A DNA stretch of 64,000 nucleotides from Leucoraja erinacea (lineage: Eukaryota). Under the pieces are notes generated by a model. That model made no database searches and had not been told where the DNA came from. It worked only from the letters and a program-made list of their open reading frames with translations. The translations under genes and the position numbers were made by a program. Location: NCBI RefSeq assembly GCF_028641065.1, contig NC_073380.1, positions 91,388,001 through 91,452,000 on the forward strand. Direction: 5' to 3'. Each line of letters starts with the position of its first letter. Positions within the stretch are counted from its first letter, which is position 1. Below, piece by piece: positions 58,632 to 64,000 of the stretch.

Positions 58632-60741
58632 AGGCATTTTACATGCCTAATTCAGGTTCAGAACGCAAAACCATGTTTAGTTCAATATCTTGCTGCAATT
58701 ATTCCCCTTTGTAGTTATTCTCCGGAGAAAGGCAAGAAGTGTTGTATTGAGCTCTGCAAGGTTGCACAGGCAGCGTGCAGCACTGTTGCACGAGAATTCC
58801 TGCTGCAGTTTACAGATAGTGGATCTCCCGTGGGGCCGCTCACGGCAAATTAGATGAAACTTTCATCTCGGATGACAGGAAAATTATACTGTGCATTATT
58901 CTGCTGCTGAAGTGGAGATGGGCCCAAACAGGTTGGTTAGTTTAGGCAGTAAGGTCTAATTCCTGCATAACAGAATTCAGCTGCTGCCAGGTGAGGAAGC
59001 TTAGTCGATTGACAGACACTTGAACATTTCTGAATCCATTCAGAAAAAAAAGGCAGATCTCACAAAAGTGTGAACAGATGGAAGGACAGAGCCCAGTGAT
59101 GGAAGGTGTGTGAGCAGATTTAGTTGTGGAACAAGCAGCATGGCACATTGGGTCCAGAGATGACCAAGTGCCTTCCCTTCCTAAGGATTGTACGTGGGAC
59201 AATGAGAAAACCATTTAGCCTCTGGAACCTGTTGGTTGGATTTTATCTCATCCTATTTATCTGCATTAACTCTACACTCAATACCACCCTTACATCTTAG
59301 GTCTATCATAGTCAGAGGCCCACTGTGCCAGGTCCAAGTAAAGCAATCCTGCCAGTTCTTTTCTCCTGCTTTTTTTCTATGACTCAGCAAACTACTCCCT
59401 TTCAAGTACCTATCCGATTCCCTTTTGAAAGTACTGCTGAATCGCATCCCACCGTCGTCACAGATAATGAACACCAGATCACAACTACCTTCCAATGAAA
59501 AAGTTCTTCTCTAATGTCTTTTAAACAAACCTTTTGCCTCCGAGTCTACCAGATTCCCACCACTTATTTGCGTGATTTTTTTGATTTTTTTTTTGCGAAT
59601 TTAACTCACAATCTTTACAATTATGCTTCCATGTTCTGCTTATGTGTCATGACAAAATATGTGGCTTCCTATGAACTGTATTATTATGTCAGAGGTTGTA
59701 AAATTGAGAGTCCACGTTATTGTTGCTCTGCTCTCGATTCACCACCAGAACCACTAGTCTGTCTCTATTTGTCAAATTCCTTCATTGCTTGAAATATTTT
59801 GATTAGCTTTGAAACGCATGAGATTCCAAGCTAGGCTTTGGAGATGTGTACTCCTACTTTAATCTTTTCATGTACACTGGCATCATTGTGAAATTTTGTT
59901 TAACCCTCTCAAAGGTTATTACAGCAAAATACAATATTCTATATAGGCTTGAACACTAGAATGGAACAACGAGTTCCTTCCTTTTGTGCTTCAGCTTCCT
60001 TGAGTTAAATTCCATCTGCCTCGTTGGGTGACTTTTCCTCATGCTCACCAGCTTTCATCAGTTCCTGTATATAGGCTCCCAAATCTCACTGCTTTACACA
60101 GTGACCTAAGTCATGACCTAATTTAGTGAAGGCACAAGTGCAAGGGGGCTATTGGCTAATGTCTGTTGCTGCACAGTTACTGCAGATCAGAGATTACTAT
60201 ATTATTTTACAGTCATTTTTGCGATCTGAGCAATCTGGGCAAGACCATTTGCTTGCCTATCTCTAAATTTACAAACAAATGGATTGTTCGACTATTTCTG
60301 GGACGTTTAAGGATCAGTCACTCAGGTTGAAGACCAGACCAGGCAAAGACATGAGATTTTCGGCACTCAAGAGCACCAGGATTTAACAATGAAACAATAG
60401 TTTCCTGGTTCAACACTAGTTGGTAGTTTATTTTTGGCTCCTAATTCCAGACTTAACTGAATCTAAACTCACAGCTGCTAGGAGGGATGTGTACCAATGG
60501 TGTAAGTTTTCCAGATTTATACTGGTGATTTAACCACTGCATCAACACTATACCCATGACATACTTTTGACATGAATTATTCACTCACTGGACAATTGGG
60601 AAGGCAAAGGGTTAGTTCAATATTTAGGATAATCATCTTCTGGTAGAAGTATTAGTACTCTGCAGCAGTTAAATTGAGTGGTCTACTTGTGCAAAATAGA
60701 AAAACCAACCAGCATCTGAGCCCTTGGAAATATACAGATAT

Positions 60742-60826
60742 GTAAATGCTGGTATACAAAAAAAGAAAAAAGACACAAAGTGGGTCCAGCGATGCTAACT
60801 GACCCACCAGTTACTCCAGCACCTTT
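60742..60826. mobile_element. Collapsed Penelope-tail fold-back remnant
   Basis: aagacacaaagtg ... gatgctaactgaccc..agttactccagcac. Confidence 0.55.
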
Positions 60827-61070
60827 AAGCTGTAAGTCTGTGACACCTCTCAGAGGAGTCCGCTGTTATTTCCCCACGGTCAGAAGGAGAACTTGCAAAG
60901 TCTGCACAGATAGCACCCAAAGGTGAAGATTTCATTTCAATTTTGATTACAATTTCCCCTTGATTTTCATGTCGCAATTACTGATTCCCCCCCCCCCCCA
61001 TTGATTTCTAGTAAAGCTCAATTGACGAGTTTGATCAATATATAAACGGGGGGTTTGTTTTTGGCTAATA

Positions 61071-61521
61071 ACATAGAAACATAGAAACATAGAAATTAGG
61101 TGCAGGAGTAGGCCATTCGGCCCTTCGAGCCTGCACCGCCATTCAATATGATCATGGCTGATCATCCAACTCAGTATCCCGTACCTGCCTTCTCTCCATA
61201 CCCTCTGATCCCCTTGGCCACAAGGGCCACATCTAACTCCCTCTTAAGTATAGCCAATGAACTGGCCTCAACTACCCTCTGTGGCAGAGAGTTCCAGAGA
61301 TTCACCACTCTCTGTGTGAAAAAAGTTCTCCTCATCTCGGTTTTAAAGGATTTCCCCCTTATGCTTAAGCTGTGACCCCTTGTCCTGGACTTCCCCAACA
61401 TCGGGAACAATCTTCCTGCATCTAGCCTGTCCAACCCCTTAAGAATTTTGTAAGTTTCTATAAGATCCCCTCTCAATCTCCTAAATTCTAGAGAGTATAA
61501 ACCAAGTCTATCCAGTCTTCA
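61071..61521 (-). mobile_element. Young CR1 subfamily A 3' end
   Basis: [21 protein letters not shown]...GTGY*; (catagaaa)3 tail. Confidence 0.95.
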
Positions 61522-62705
61522 ATGTTTTCATAAAGCTCATGATGGTGCACGAATGATCTTTCCAATTTCCAAGTTCCTGCTCTTAATTCTCTTGTGTGGT
61601 CTGCCACTCTGAATTAAGTCATGAGTAGGGTTTAATTAGGATATTGTTGCATTTCGCACATCACTAAACATGACTTGACTTGACTTGACTTGACCTTGCC
61701 AAGGGAAAGCAAGGGCGCAGACGTCCACAGACACCTGAAAAGTATGAGGTGTGTGTACATTCACCCCTATAACATCAAGGATGCATGCTAGTTGCTCTTC
61801 AAGAGTTGGCAAGTTTGAATTCCAACCTGTCCATTCATTTCCAAAAATTGGTGATGCATGGTTTACATTAATGCATGTCTGGTAAATTGTTGTTGCACAA
61901 GTCGTTCCTAAAGTTTTATTTATGGAACGTTTGAGATTTCAAGAGCTTTTTATCTCCGACTGTCATATTTCACCCAGGAGAGTAATAGGAGACAAGACGT
62001 TTCTAACTTTACAGAGAAGAAAATATTTACTCTCAGACCTTTTGCAAATATGTGATAACTAAAGATAAATTTTCCTTTCAAAACAGCTTTAAATATTTTT
62101 CTATCTAATTGATCAACAGATATTGAGTAGAAATGTGTCTTTCTTTGCACTTAGCTTAAAGGTAATGCCTGTGCATTGTACTCCTGATCCCAGGAGACTG
62201 AATGTTTCCTCTCTCAACCTTAAGCCTCTGATGCAGAGTGCTAGCCTCTTTGTTAGTTCCGACCCATCTCATCCACACTTGCTAAGACTCTGTTGCCTCC
62301 CGAGCCTGTCCACAGGCTCCACTGAACCTAATGAAACTATTTTTGAATGTATAGTTTAATATGCATCCAGTCACTCACACATTTCTACCCATTATATTAC
62401 ACAGGTGGTGCGAAGTTACATTGGACCTAAGGCTGTGGAATTTCCTCCCTCTTTTGTCTTATGTATTTTCTTCAAGATTCTCCTGAAAGCTCATAAGATA
62501 TAGGAGCAGATTTAGGTCATTCGACCCATCAAGTGTACTCCGCCATTAAATCTAATCCCTCTCAGCCCCATTCTCCTGCCTTCTCCCCTTGACCCCTGAC
62601 ACCCATCTAAATGCTCCCTATTCCTCCCACCCATCATGCGGCAATATTTTTGTTCATTTTGTTACTTCATTATCAGTTACTACAAGGCTCTTCAATATGT
62701 CATAA

Positions 62706-62939
62706 ATGGGTAGCTTGGCATAGAAGTCGCTACCTCAGTTTCAGCAACCCAGGTTTAATCTTGACCTCTGGTGTTTTCTGTGGAGTTTGCACGTTCTCCC
62801 TATGACTACGCTGGTTTTCTCCGGGTTCGCTAGTTTCCTGCCACATCTCAAAGCTATGATGGTTGCTATGTTAATAGGCTCCTTTAAATGTCCCTGCTAT
62901 ATATGTGAAGGGTAGAACCTGGATTAGCACTTCCTTAGT

Positions 62940-62970
<31 letters not shown>

Positions 62971-63056
62971 GGGTGAATATGGGAAAGTGTAATTGTGAAT
63001 GGTTGTGAATCAGTGATCTGAATGGCCTTTTTCTGTGCTGTATCACTCTGACTCTT
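62706..63056 (+). mobile_element. HE1/V-SINE-like SINE with an internal poly-G run
   Basis: B-box-like ggtttaatc, tgtggagtttgcacgttctccc core, CR1-type tail ggcctttttctgtgctgtat. Confidence 0.75.
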
Positions 63057-64000
63057 AAACAAACATTTGAAGCATAGCCATGTAAGGAAATGTTAGGAGA
63101 GGGGTCCTAATGCTTGGTCAAATAGATAATTCATAAGGAGCATCATAAGGAAAGAGAGAGAGGGGGGCGGTGGGGGGGGGGGGGGGGGGGGATGCCTTAG
63201 CCTTAGGCCCAAGCAGCTGTTGGTTGACGTTATTGATCTACCTCATAAAATATATGTTGATGGGTAGATGGATAGATAGATAGACGATAGGTAAACTGAC
63301 AGACAGATGTAAAATGATATTTTCCTGAAAGGGGAGGCCAGGCAAAATGAAGAGGTCTGTAACTTTTCATCAGTCTCACGCAGATTTGAACAACTGGGGA
63401 CAGATTAATGGAAGCCTAGAAAACAAATCCTTTTACGTTATTGACTGGAGATGTAGTTTAAGGGGGGTAAATTGTGCCTAAATAACAAATAGCAATGGTA
63501 TCTACCATGTTCCATCTTCTCCAATGAACACATTCATGACTTTGCACTATTATATGCCATATAATGAAAGCCCTTTGAAAGGAATTACAAAACATATTGT
63601 AAACAAGACAATTATAGCTACTGAACACATGCTCTCATTCATAATGATTTAATTAAGTTTGTATATTGCTAGGTAATTGATTGTTTTCGCGTTCATGTTT
63701 CCTCTTTCCTGCTGGAATCCAAAACACTTTGCTTATGTCCTTGTTTCTGAGAGTTGGATACACACTTTGTACAGAATTGAGGCTGATTTAGTTGTTAGGA
63801 TTGGAGTTCGATGTAAATATATCAGATTAAGCAAAATGTTGCACATCTCTGAAGACAGCAGCCTGTTAGTGTCCAGAAAGTAACTCAAAAGGTTCAAGTG
63901 AATGAGACGAACACATAGCAAAGAGAAATTCTGACAACTTGCATTTAATGTTGAAAATGGTGGGAGCGTTCAGTTATGAGGGTTTTAATCTCTTGCAGTC

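Overview
Eukaryotic, repeat-dense, AT-rich vertebrate DNA. The repeat set (HER1-like CR1 LINEs, HE1/V-SINE-like SINEs, Rex1/Babar, Penelope tails) points to a cartilaginous fish, probably a skate or ray; this is inference. The window lies inside one + strand gene that the ORF track mostly misses. Four phase-compatible GT-AG exons (16879-17094, 19528-19780, 35406-35569, 45316-45475) splice into 263 complete stop-free codons that I recognise as the transmembrane region of OFCC1/ojoplano (MRDS1). The introns hold many mobile elements: a 5'-truncated DIRS1-type tyrosine-recombinase retrotransposon (YR, RT/RNaseH, Dam-like MT domain, intact ICR and right end), about 10 near-identical young CR1 3' ends plus older CR1s, a young Rex1 RT ORF, a decayed Tx1, a solo LTR with a 5-bp TSD, a non-autonomous Helitron spanning an assembly gap, two copies of a palindromic MITE, a Tigger-like element, an RTE-derived bipartite SINE, and many Penelope 3'-end fragments. 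The Penelope fragments carry a minimal hammerhead-ribozyme-like core and often occur as short fold-back units with TSDs. All family assignments are from motif recognition by eye; no database search was run.
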